64,000 nt of DNA from an uncultured Gemmatimonadota bacterium (GTDB lineage: Bacteria; SM23-81; DAOVCL01): contig CAZVGK010000016.1 in NCBI GenBank assembly GCA_964626665.1, positions 1 through 64,000 of the forward strand. The letters are read 5' to 3'. Numbering within the stretch: position 1 is the first letter of the stretch; every line of letters starts with the position of its first letter. The notes beneath the pieces are model-generated. The model made no database searches. It was given only the letters and a program-made list of their open reading frames with translations, and had not been told where the DNA came from. Positions 53,901-62,814 of the stretch are shown piece by piece. Both the position numbers and the translations under genes were made by a program.

Positions 53901-54669
53901 AAAGGCCAAAGGAAGAGTAGAGACAACCTTCAAAACCTGACCCATCAGTATCAAAGAGTTCCTGCAGATAGCGGTTTATCTTCACTACACAGGTATCCCA
54001 TCTGGCCTCTCCATCATATATCTCACCCTGGACCATCTCCCCATCAAGGACAATCACCCCTAAACCAAGGGCCCCATTTGCCTGGGCTGACGTGTTATTC
54101 CAGTAGTCATCAACAGCCGGGCCACAACTCATGCCCAGATGCCGTCTTTCAATCATATCCATTCTGGACTTGATTGTATCCCTGAAGACCTGTCGTAGAG
54201 AGTCACTCATCAGATCATAGCAGTAATCATAACAGAAGGCAAAGCCAGATAACATAGCAGAATAGTCCAGAATGTCATCAAGGGGACCAGAGCCGTGAGT
54301 AACCTCGGGCGAAGTTGGTTGTACCTTGAAGTAAATACTGTCACAGATTCCATATACTGCTCTATTCCCGAACGAATCGGCCATAACGGGATCTTCATCT
54401 ATTAGGTAGAGAAACCCCAACTTTGCCACACAGTTGTATTCGTGCCTTCCTCGAGATCCTCCTATCCATGGATCATGGTGCAAATAGTGGGCACCCTGGT
54501 GGTTTAAGAGCTCATCCCAGGCCATCTGGGGCGTGCCGCTTTGAATCCTCTCCCTGATGAAATTAACATCGGAAGAGGAGAAAAGCAGACAGGGATGCTC
54601 CCCGGCAAGGCTATAGCTTGCCGTTGTGGCTAAAATAACCACTATCAGAAGGGCTTTCTTTAAAAACAT
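50914..54669 (-). CDS. secreted heparinase II/III-like polysaccharide lyase plus right-handed beta-helix and FlgD-Ig/T9SS-like C-terminal domain
   Basis: SD CAGGAGG before MFLKKALL (54669); HP.LLF, Y.RTGW, H.D.NHF.LYAYGE...DTG, HNVILIDG.GQ; parallel beta-helix repeats; QNYPNPFN tail. Confidence 0.75.
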   Translation of the reverse strand: MFLKKALLIVVILATTASYSLAGEHPCLLFSSSDVNFIRERIQSGTPQMAWDELLNHQGAHYLHHDPWIGGSRGRHEYNCVAKLGFLYLIDEDPVMADSFGNRAVYGICDSIYFKVQPTSPEVTHGSGPLDDILDYSAMLSGFAFCYDYCYDLMSDSLRQVFRDTIKSRMDMIERRHLGMSCGPAVDDYWNNTSAQANGALGLGVIVLDGEMVQGEIYDGEARWDTCVVKINRYLQELFDTDGSGFEGCLYSSFGLSGVVPFMEALKRKTGQDMFQENEGILSKMSDWFAYEVLPEKHKYNNLSESFYWDFDPHWSEHVDGHWGYSLCWGPLEGIYNEPVLNWTFKNLIDFDDINRRTSECGSLPLIILKYNDDLASEDPVERLPLSKHFQGRGLVYFRTGWGPEEIMFSLECGPAYNPATGHYSVRNFHCDKNHFTLYAYGERFAIDTGKKYGAPRNHNVILIDGQGQCCEYAPWMTAGMIEEQVSGSFCDYVHGDATDAYNRMWIVDGHGGARDTTVFNNPVLNADRMVTFVRGDGLPPYFVIADDINKDNAVHQYQWLLHTKSGNWFDWSGNPIVLHGSHNDMNIHVISPSDFYTTQSMYVPEFTPSPLFGEDSLPPDTTQSMHPILRIKCDTINPYCQIVLFPHKAGLEDPTVTAEPITNGRCAKLAWSTTTDYNILKTTGVISEDWFSTDAKVCLIREDLDSTVTRFMMAEGTNLWMRDILLVDTFGDTGSVINSGAKVVIHSKTPHQFKVYAPQATELVVNDASVGFYRIGDYIYYPGIAGLIAEDATLSGMIQVSGDVTVDSGVTLTIQPGAQVLFTAGADNQGSGVDTTLCELIVEGNLDAQGTNTQPVTLSSTSSNQGDWWGIRFKQGSWGLLKHAVVEYGYCGVLADSGSVVAIDSCTIQKNEVYGVRCDHTDGATIVEKSWIKDNGVYGIWTDHCSPAILDNLINGSRYGIKASYAGSDMLIKGNNIDNASIQPKDQPPYDNYVGISLQNSSPIILNNEISGGNGFSGLSCSSGSNPMIKGCIIETVGKKGISCYDGSSPTVDSTQVHSYTEKGIYCYQSSYPRLGDTGIEGSGGNSIYSRDANYEVWCEENLYPVMAESCWWGTASPDPSRFWGDVDYLPCLDHDPFPDVGVEDGPEKKLPTRFDLAQNYPNPFNPTTLIRYTVPDRDREERPRHTTLKVYNILGQLVRTLVDGEQAPGYYSVRWDGRDNLGKDVSSGIYFYRLKAGEFVKTRKMVVLR

Positions 54670-54904
54670 CCTTACCTCCTGTTTAAGGTTTACCCCTCTA
54701 CATCTTACTACCAACCAAATTATCCTACATCTCCCACCTCCTGTTAAAAAGCCTTGAACACGAATTGCACGAATAGACGAATAGCACAAATCTTAATTGA
54801 CAATGGTGAACTGTTATGGTCTTATCAACTATTCATGTTTTCTCTTTATTCCGTGTTACTCCGTGGTTATCCGTAGTGACTATTCCTCTTTGGCCTTTCG
54901 GCTT

Positions 54905-57079
54905 TCACTTCATCACCACCATCTTAATCGTCTGCCGGTAGTCACCTGCCCTGAGAGTGCAGAAGTAGACCCCACTTGCCACCTTTCTCGCATCCCACCT
55001 CACCCTGTATGTCCCAGACCTCTGCCTCTCATTAACCAAAGTCTCCACCGACTCCCCCAGCACATTGTAGACTTTTAAGGTGGTGTGGATGGGAGAATTC
55101 TTAATTCTTAATTCATAATTGATAATTGTGGTGGCGTTGAAGGGGTTGGGATAGTTCTGCTCCAGCCAATACCTCCTGGGCAATACATCTGATGCCCACT
55201 CCGGCTGGACATAGGTGGGGCCGGTATATTTGAGGATGGTGGCTCCACCTCCCACTGCCCAGCCATTCTCCTCATCAATCATAGTTACTGCCTCCAGCCT
55301 GCTCCTTGTCCCTGCCTCTTCCCTGAGCCAGCTTTTTCCTCCATCCCCAGTATGGAGAATCACCCCAGAATCTCCCACTGCCCAACCACTGAGGGAATCC
55401 AGAAAGGAGACATCCCAGAGCATAACCTCGGTCCCACTCTCCTGTCTCTCCCAGTAATTCCCTCCATCGGTGGTGTGAAGTATAGTCCCACTGTCACCAA
55501 CTACCCAGCCATTCCAGATGTCCTTAAAACAGACCCCCAGGAGATCACAATTTGTCCCACTTGGTTGTGGAGACCAATTTTCCCCTCCATCCCCAGTATG
55601 GAGAATAGCTCCATCCTTACCAACTATCCACCCCCTGGAGGTATCAACAAAGGCAACATCATAAAGCTTCCGAGATGCCCCACTCTCCTGACCAAGCCAG
55701 CTTTTACCTCCATCCTTGGTAAACCTGATCACCCCTGAATCCCCCACTGTCCAGCCTCTAAGGGTATCAACAAAGCAAACCTTCTCCAGCGTAACCTTCG
55801 TCCCACTCTCCTGTTCTATCCACTCGATTCCTCCATTTTCCGTGTGAAGGATCGTCCCCAACTTGCCTACTGCCCAGCCATAGTTTGCGTCCGCAAAGCA
55901 GACCCCTTCTAATCGGTTCCCACTCCACCACTGAACCTCCCAGTTCTGGCCTCCATCGGCAGTATGGAGGACACCTCCAGGGTGATAGCCTTCCCGATAA
56001 CTGCCCAATGCCCAACCGGTGTTTTTATCTCTAAAAGAAACATCGTGAAACCGAGGAGCCATCTCGCCACTCTGCTGGATTTCCCAGTCCTTCCCTCCAT
56101 TGGCGGTATGCATTATCCTCCCATAATTTCCTACTGCCCAACCATTGTTGCTATCTGGAAAGCAGACACCAAAGAGGAGAGTGTTGTAATCTTCATCTAT
56201 AAGATGCTGTATATTCCAGGTTGTCCCGCTGTCTGCCGTGTGATAGACAACCCCACAAAAAGGCATCATTCCAATGCTACTTACCGCCCAACCATTCCGC
56301 TCATCGCTAAAAGAGATATCCAAAATGCCCCAAGGAAACGCCTCCTGGTAATCCCACCTCAGACCACCGTTTGTAGTGTGATATATCACCCCCTCTCCTA
56401 ACTCCCAACCTTCACCTGCTGCCCAGCCATTGAGCGAATCGGCAAAGGTGATCTTATATATATTATCCCAGGGGGAGAATGCCCACTCTTCTTCCCAACT
56501 CTCTCCGCCGTCTGTGGAGTGGTAAGCGGTCGGTTCTAGGACAGTTTTGACTCCACCTGCTGCCCAGCCATTGAGCGAATCGGCAAAGGCAATACAGCCG
56601 GGGCAGACATTTCCCCCACTTACCTGAAGAGTCCAGTTCTTACCTCCGTCTGTGGTGCGAAGTATCCCCCCACCTCCCGTTATCCAGCCGTTTAGGGTGT
56701 CCTTGAAGGTAACCCCAGAAAGTAATCCGCCTACCCCAATCTCCTGTCTCTCCCAGTGTTTCCCTCCGTCTCTGGTATGGAGGAGTACCCCTTCTTCTCC
56801 TCCAACCCAACCGTTAACCGAATCAACAAAGCAAATTCCCCAGAGCATAACTCCGGTTCCACTTGGTTGGAGACTCCAGGTTTTACCTCCGTCTCTGGTG
56901 TGGAGGATGACTCCCCCTTCCCCTAACCAGTCTCCCCCTACCGCCCATCCCCTCAGGGTATCTACGAATTCAACTCTCCGAAGAGTGACACCCTGGTTCT
57001 GACAGATCCACCCCCCAGCCAGGCCCCTACTTCCCGGCAAAAGAAGCAAAACCGCCATCCACAAAAATACCTTCCTCAT
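54905..57079 (-). CDS. secreted YCF48/BNR-repeat beta-propeller protein with T9SS-like C-terminal domain
   Basis: repeated F.D...GW.VG..G.IL.T.DGG..W; QNYPNPFN...SGVYFC tail. Confidence 0.88.
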   Translation of the reverse strand: MRKVFLWMAVLLLLPGSRGLAGGWICQNQGVTLRRVEFVDTLRGWAVGGDWLGEGGVILHTRDGGKTWSLQPSGTGVMLWGICFVDSVNGWVGGEEGVLLHTRDGGKHWERQEIGVGGLLSGVTFKDTLNGWITGGGGILRTTDGGKNWTLQVSGGNVCPGCIAFADSLNGWAAGGVKTVLEPTAYHSTDGGESWEEEWAFSPWDNIYKITFADSLNGWAAGEGWELGEGVIYHTTNGGLRWDYQEAFPWGILDISFSDERNGWAVSSIGMMPFCGVVYHTADSGTTWNIQHLIDEDYNTLLFGVCFPDSNNGWAVGNYGRIMHTANGGKDWEIQQSGEMAPRFHDVSFRDKNTGWALGSYREGYHPGGVLHTADGGQNWEVQWWSGNRLEGVCFADANYGWAVGKLGTILHTENGGIEWIEQESGTKVTLEKVCFVDTLRGWTVGDSGVIRFTKDGGKSWLGQESGASRKLYDVAFVDTSRGWIVGKDGAILHTGDGGENWSPQPSGTNCDLLGVCFKDIWNGWVVGDSGTILHTTDGGNYWERQESGTEVMLWDVSFLDSLSGWAVGDSGVILHTGDGGKSWLREEAGTRSRLEAVTMIDEENGWAVGGGATILKYTGPTYVQPEWASDVLPRRYWLEQNYPNPFNATTIINYELRIKNSPIHTTLKVYNVLGESVETLVNERQRSGTYRVRWDARKVASGVYFCTLRAGDYRQTIKMVVMK

Positions 57080-57474
57080 CCTTCAACCCTCCTGCTTAAA
57101 GTTTCACCTACATTAAGACCTGAACACGAATTCCAATTGACAATGATGAACCGTTATGGTCTTCCCCTGCTTTTGTAGGGGTCGGATTCATCCGACCCTC
57201 CCCGTTCTGCCGTCTCATTTTCCTACCTGTCAAATAGTTTTTTCCTTCTATCCCCATTTCGCCCCCAAACAAAAAGGGGCGCATATCACTATCGGCAACC
57301 TACCAGTAAATCCGATAAATGACTGCCACCCCTTGGCCGTGCTAAGCACGGCACCAGCAGCAGCCTTCTTCTTACTGGTAGGTTAGAGGGCAAAGCCCCC
57401 TTTAAGAAAAAGGACTGCTTCTTATGGGCAATACTAAAAGACCCACAGGATCCATCCTTGATCTCTTTAAATGT

Positions 57475-57503
57475 AATATAATAACAGAATCACTAAAAGT
57501 CAA
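57475..57503 (-). promoter_or_regulatory. sigma70-like promoter
   Basis: TTGACT-17 nt-TATATT on the minus strand. Confidence 0.6.
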
Positions 57504-57514
57504 GCTAAATTTTG

Positions 57515-58610
57515 TGCTGTCAGGACTCCTGCCCTGACAGACCCAATGAGGTGAATTTCTATAGGGGTCGGATTCATCCGACCGGCTTCCAAGAACCAAC
57601 AGGCCCCTTTTTTTTGCTGTAGGAGAGGTCTCCTGACCTCGACAATCATCGACATTAGGAGATGCCTCCCACGCTCTTCTACCCGGCTTTAGCCGAGGGT
57701 TGATAGGGCTTTAGCCCCTATGGAGTGCTGTGACTCCTGTCACAGCACTCCATAGTGACCCGCACTAAAGTGCGGTAAAAGTTGGAGATTGCTTCGGCTT
57801 GCCCGTTTGCTGCCGCTCAGGGCAAGCCTCGCAATGACAGACAGAAAAAAAGTCTTGGGATCAAACCTTTAATTACCAATTCAGGTTTCCAGCGGAGCTG
57901 GCAGAAGCCCTCTTCTGCCACCTCTCCCTTTTTGCCGTCAGAATCGGGGTTCTGACGGCCCTGGTTTTTCTACCCGGCTTTAGCTGGGGTAACCTTTTCT
58001 TGGCTTTAGCCCGTTTGGAGTGCTGTGACCGTGTCGCAGCACTCCATAGTGACCCGTACTAAAGTGCGGTAGAAGTTGGAGATTGCTTCGGCTTGCCCGT
58101 TCGCTGCCGCTCAGGGCAAGCCTCGCAATGACAGACAAGGGAATCGTCATTGCGAGGAGCAGAGCGACGAAGCAATCTGGTCCTACACGGTTTTAGCCGA
58201 GGGTTCCAACCGAGGTAGTAGAAACCCCCTTTTGCCACTAGCAATATCGTAGGGACAGACATTTATGTCTGTCCGCACTCCTCGGACAGAGCTGAAGCTC
58301 TGTCCCTACGGCCTTTCTACCCCCGCAAAAACGGGGGGTGGCCTTTTTTGGGCTTCCCCGACCAGTTCCGTGTCGGGACGGGGAGCCCCTTTGGAGTGCT
58401 GTGACTCCTGTCACAGCATACGTCAACAAGGTTGACGCACTCCATAGTGACCCGCACTAAAGTGCGGTAGAAAGGTCCGAGGCGGAAGCCCTGACGGCAC
58501 GGGCACTTGATGGCTGGCCGATAGCGGTCAGATGAGGGCATCTGACCGCTCAATCATTGGTGGCTCGGAGGATCTGGGCAGGAACTTATAAATAATTCGG
58601 GTTAATTGCA
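57515..58610. repeat. ~1.1-kb mosaic of REP-like palindromes including a duplicated ~165-bp module (57677-57843 and 57968-58137)
   Basis: at least six hairpin families with copies elsewhere in the window. Confidence 0.85.
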
Positions 58611-58648
58611 CACAGTTATGAAATTTCGCTGTGCTTTCTCAAAATCTC

Positions 58649-58677
58649 TTGCTTTTTGCTCCCCAGTTTGTTATAGT
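58649..58677 (+). promoter_or_regulatory. purD promoter
   Basis: TTGCTT-17 nt-TATAGT with extended -10 TG. Confidence 0.55.
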
Positions 58678-58701
58678 TTCATCCATCAGGGAGGGTAGAA
58701 G

Positions 58702-59973
58702 ATGAAGGTAATGATAGTAGGGGAAGGAGGAAGGGAACATGCCCTGGCCTGGAAGATAGCCCAAAGCCCCAGGGTGCAGAGATTATATGCTGCCCCAGGA
58801 AATGTGGGTATGGAGCAGATTGCCAAATGCATTGGCATATCCCCTTCCGATCCTCAAAAATTAGCCAATTTTGCCGAGGAGAAAGATGTAGACCTCACCT
58901 TGGTGGGACCTGAGCTTCCCCTCTCCTTAGGCATTGTGGATCTTTTTGCCAAAAGAGGGCTGAGGATATTTGGCCCTTCCCAAAGGGCCGCCAGGATCGA
59001 GTCAAGCAAAGGCTTTGCCAAGGACTTTATGAAAAGATGGGGCATTCCCACTGCTCCCTTTATGCTTTTCACCGACCCCGAGGAGGCCATAGACTACCTG
59101 AAGGGGAGAAAATTTCCCCAGGTGATCAAGGCGGATGGGCTTGCCGCGGGCAAGGGATCCATTATGGCCAGATCCCTGGAGGAGGCTATAACTGCGATAA
59201 AATCAATGATGGTGGAGAGGGTATTTGGCCAATCAGGGGAGAGAGTGGTGATAGAGGACTACCTCCAGGGTAAGGAGGCCACCATCCTGGTGATCAGCGA
59301 TGGAAAATCCTTTATCCCCTTTCCACCAGCCAAGGATTACAAGCCGATATACGATGGGGACAAAGGACCAAACACAGGAGGAATGGGTTCCTATGCTCCT
59401 GCCCAAACTGGAGACGAGGACTTGATGGAGGAAATCAGGGAACGGATAGTCGCTCCCACCATCAAAGGCCTCTCCCAGGAGGGGATCAAATACAAGGGAG
59501 TGCTATATGTCGGGCTTATGCTTACTCAGGAAGGCCCTCAGGTGCTGGAATATAACTGCAGGTTTGGCGATCCGGAAACCCAGACCTTGCTCCCTCTACT
59601 GAAGACGGACCTGGTGGAGATTGCCGATTGGGTTATCGAGGAGAACCTCCAGGGGGAAAAGCTAGAGTGGGAGGAGGAAGCAGCAGTCTGTGTGGTTTTG
59701 GCCTCCGAAGGCTATCCGGGGAGCTATAAAAAAGGAGCGGTGATTACCGGAACGAATAGGGTAGATGAAGGCATCATCCTCTTCCATGCCGGGACGGCAA
59801 AAAGGGGAAATGATCTGGTCACCAATGGAGGTAGGGTTATCGGGGTTACCGCCAAAGGGGCAGACCTGAAAGAGGCTAGGGAAAATGCCTATAAAGGGGT
59901 GAAAGCGATAAGTTTTCCTGGAATGCAGTTCAGAAAGGACATAGCCTTAGAGGAAGAACCGAATGTAGAATGA
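58702..59973 (+). CDS. purD: phosphoribosylamine--glycine ligase
   Basis: GGREHALAW, VGPE, KADGLAAGKG, GPNTGGMG, EYNCRFGDPE, NGGRV. Confidence 0.97.
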   Translation: MKVMIVGEGGREHALAWKIAQSPRVQRLYAAPGNVGMEQIAKCIGISPSDPQKLANFAEEKDVDLTLVGPELPLSLGIVDLFAKRGLRIFGPSQRAARIESSKGFAKDFMKRWGIPTAPFMLFTDPEEAIDYLKGRKFPQVIKADGLAAGKGSIMARSLEEAITAIKSMMVERVFGQSGERVVIEDYLQGKEATILVISDGKSFIPFPPAKDYKPIYDGDKGPNTGGMGSYAPAQTGDEDLMEEIRERIVAPTIKGLSQEGIKYKGVLYVGLMLTQEGPQVLEYNCRFGDPETQTLLPLLKTDLVEIADWVIEENLQGEKLEWEEEAAVCVVLASEGYPGSYKKGAVITGTNRVDEGIILFHAGTAKRGNDLVTNGGRVIGVTAKGADLKEARENAYKGVKAISFPGMQFRKDIALEEEPNVE

Positions 59974-60106
59974 AGAATGTAGAATTAAAAATGCAACTAT
60001 CACTCTGGGGAGGATCGGCAATTGTTTCTGGGGCTCAGCTCCATTGCCAGCCTATTTCTTCCTTCCCTCTTGATTCCCAAACTTTTCCACTGAAGAGGGT
60101 TGGAGA

Positions 60107-60571
60107 ATGGGCAAACCTCTGGTAGGCGTGGTCATGGGGAGCGAATCGGATCGGGAGGTAATGAAGCTTACCGGTCAGATGCTGGCCCGCTTTGACATCG
60201 AACACGAGGTTGTGGTCTCCTCAGCGCACCGCAGCCCAGCTAAGACAAGGGAATACGCCCGCTCCGCTGTCCGCCGCGGGATAAGGGTGATCATCGCCGG
60301 GGCAGGGATGTCGGCCCACCTTCCTGGGGCTCTTGCCTCAGAGACCATACTTCCGGTTATTGGGGTTCCCCTCTCCAGTTCAGCGCTCAGCGGGGTTGAC
60401 TCCCTCCACTCCATCGTGCAGATGCCCACGGGAGTGCCGGTGGCCACTATGGCCATAGGCCCGGCAGGGGCAAAGAATGCCGCCATCCTGGCGGCACAGA
60501 TACTCGCCCTCTCCGATGAGCGCATTAGGAAAAGGCTTGCGGAATACAAGAGGGAGTTAGCGGGTGAGTAG
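60107..60571 (+). CDS. purE: N5-carboxyaminoimidazole ribonucleotide mutase
   Basis: MGSESD, SAHR, AGAG.SAHLPG, PVIGVP, QMP.GVPVA. Confidence 0.97.
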   Translation: MGKPLVGVVMGSESDREVMKLTGQMLARFDIEHEVVVSSAHRSPAKTREYARSAVRRGIRVIIAGAGMSAHLPGALASETILPVIGVPLSSSALSGVDSLHSIVQMPTGVPVATMAIGPAGAKNAAILAAQILALSDERIRKRLAEYKRELAGE

Positions 60572-61439
60572 AGGCTCGCTCTATCAAAAGGAGACCTGCA
60601 CCAGGATAGGCTTAGAGGCCAATGTTCTCCTGACCCTGGGCAAGCTTTGGGCCGGCATCTTCGGCCACTCCCAGGCGATGATTGCCGATGCCCTCCATTC
60701 CCTCTCCGATGTGGTGGCTACCAGTGTGGTCTTCTTGGGCTTGAGGATAGCCAAAAGGCCACCGGACAAGGAACACCCCTATGGGCATGGAGAGGCCGAT
60801 ACCTTGGCTGCCCTTTTTGTCGCCATCATCCTGCTCCTCACCGGGGGATATATGGCCATCTCCACCTTGCAGATATTCATCCATCAGCGGTTTCATGCAC
60901 CCAGTCAAATCGCTCTCTGGGCAGCAGTGGCCTCCATCCTATTGAAGTGGATCCTCTACCGCTATACCTTAGAGGCCGGGAAGATCTCCCACAGCTCTGC
61001 ATTGGTGGCCAATGCCTATGATCACAAATCGGATGCCTACTCCTCAGTGGCCGCCCTGGTGGGGATATTTGGGGCCAGGATGGGCTGGAGATACCTTGAT
61101 CCCTTGGCCGGGCTCTTTATAGCCATCCTCATTTTGAAGCTCTCCTTCCGCCTCTTGCGGTCCAACCTCCATCTGCTCATGGAAGGGGTGCTTGATCCTT
61201 CAATTACCGGCGAGATAGAGGAGATTGCCCTTAAGGTTCCAGGATTAAAGGGGATCAAGGAGACAAAGGTCAGATCCTTAGGCTCAGACTATTTGGTGGA
61301 TATGAAGATATTGGTAGAGGGGAATATGACCGTCTATGAAGGCCACAAGGTGGCCGCAAAGGTTAAAGAGAACCTACTCAGGGGAAACGAGAGGATTAAG
61401 GATGTGATGGTCCATGTCAACCCTTACCTCGGAGGTTAG
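60564..61439 (+). CDS. cation diffusion facilitator transporter (FieF-like)
   Basis: S.A.IADA.HSLSD, PPD.EHPYGHG, DH.SD, C-terminal VHV.P. Confidence 0.93.
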   Translation: MSRGSLYQKETCTRIGLEANVLLTLGKLWAGIFGHSQAMIADALHSLSDVVATSVVFLGLRIAKRPPDKEHPYGHGEADTLAALFVAIILLLTGGYMAISTLQIFIHQRFHAPSQIALWAAVASILLKWILYRYTLEAGKISHSSALVANAYDHKSDAYSSVAALVGIFGARMGWRYLDPLAGLFIAILILKLSFRLLRSNLHLLMEGVLDPSITGEIEEIALKVPGLKGIKETKVRSLGSDYLVDMKILVEGNMTVYEGHKVAAKVKENLLRGNERIKDVMVHVNPYLGG

Positions 61440-62697
61440 CTTGGGGGTAATCTGCCTTTTTGAGGATGCGGGATACCGCAACCTCCTGCCCCTTGTTTAC
61501 ACCAAGGCCGTTTATGAGTTAAGATGTGGGATATTTACCTTAGGGGAGAGGCTACTCTCCCTCTATCCTCACCACCAAGCCTCTCTCCACTGCCGCGATT
61601 ACCTGCTACCTGCGGTAACCGAAAGGTTAAACCTGCCGCCCATCGGGGCATTAGATGAGAGGCCAATCCTCTTCCTTAATGGAAGGCTTCTTCCCCCTAT
61701 AGGCCTTCCCCAAACGATCCCTGCCCAAGGAGAGGAGGCCATCTATCTCTGCAAGGAGACAGTAGTCGGGGCAAGGTTGCAGGGACGGTGGGCCGAGAGG
61801 TTCATCGACTGGTTAAAAGGGGGAGGGGAGGGGATTCCGGAGTTGGGGGATAACCTCCCCACCCAGCAGATAGAGGTAGCAACCATAGAATATCCCTGGG
61901 ATCTGGTCAACTATAATGAGGATTTAATAAGGGAGGACTTTGCTGACTGGGGCAAGGGGGGAATGAGGGAAGGTAAGGTGGACAGCTCAGCCCACATTAC
62001 TTCAGAGGATAGAGTCTACTTGGGGCCGAAAAGCACCATAGAACCCTTCTGTTATCTGGATTCCAGCCGCGGCCCCATCTACATCGATGAGGGAGCCCTG
62101 ATATCCTCGCATAGCAGGGTAGAGGGACCAGCCTACATCGGTAAGGAGGCCATAATAACCGGAGGGAAGATAAGGGAAGGATGTAGCATAGGACCAAGGT
62201 GTCGGGTGGGAGGGGAGGTAGAGGCGAGCATATTTGAGGGGTTTGCCAACAAATACCACACCGGCTTCTTAGGCCATTCCTATATCGGGGAGTGGGTTAA
62301 CTTGGGGGCGTTGACCACCAACAGCGACCTCAAGAACAACTACAAACCAGTGAAGGTGCAGGTTGGGGAGACCCCCATCGATACTGGGGTGATCAAGGTG
62401 GGGTTGTTCATCGCCGATCATAGCAAGACCGGAATCGGCACCCTCTTCAACACGGGGACGGTGGTGGGGGTGGGATGTAACATCTTTGGGGGAGGACTCC
62501 CCCCCAAGTATATCCCCTCCTTCCTTTGGGGAGGAAAAGGTGGCTTTACCGAATATAGGCTTACCAAATTCTTGCAGACAGCCAAAACGGTTATGGCCAG
62601 GAGGGGGGAAGCCCTCTCCCTGCATGAGGAAGAGGTCCTTGGCAAGGTCTTCACCCTAAGCAAAAAGGAGAGGGATGAGTTCCTCAACTCCGCATAA
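61414..62697 (+). CDS. putative sugar nucleotidyltransferase / GlmU-related protein with hexapeptide repeats
   Basis: LFED...NLLPL..T..V.ELR.G, NK.H.GFLGHSY.GEWVNLGA.T.NSDLKN.Y. Confidence 0.85.
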   Translation: MSTLTSEVSLGVICLFEDAGYRNLLPLVYTKAVYELRCGIFTLGERLLSLYPHHQASLHCRDYLLPAVTERLNLPPIGALDERPILFLNGRLLPPIGLPQTIPAQGEEAIYLCKETVVGARLQGRWAERFIDWLKGGGEGIPELGDNLPTQQIEVATIEYPWDLVNYNEDLIREDFADWGKGGMREGKVDSSAHITSEDRVYLGPKSTIEPFCYLDSSRGPIYIDEGALISSHSRVEGPAYIGKEAIITGGKIREGCSIGPRCRVGGEVEASIFEGFANKYHTGFLGHSYIGEWVNLGALTTNSDLKNNYKPVKVQVGETPIDTGVIKVGLFIADHSKTGIGTLFNTGTVVGVGCNIFGGGLPPKYIPSFLWGGKGGFTEYRLTKFLQTAKTVMARRGEALSLHEEEVLGKVFTLSKKERDEFLNSA

Positions 62698-62814
62698 TCC
62701 CTCAAGCAACTTCTCCAGTTTGTTTGACCATACCTCACAAGGAGAAGGTGGCAGAAGAGGATTTCTACCACCTCAGGTGACTTCCTGGCTAATTACTTAG
62801 GTTGGGGGAAATAA

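Noticed and set aside
54670-54789. 40-aa N-terminal extension of the lyase ORF
   Set aside because: A strong SD and signal peptide begin at ATG 54669.
57515-58610. Palindrome cluster as a CRISPR array or as coding sequence (58059..58262, 58238..58429, 58317..58553)
   Set aside because: Heterogeneous hairpins without a constant repeat-spacer period; the ORFs are translations of repeats also found at 6295..6585.
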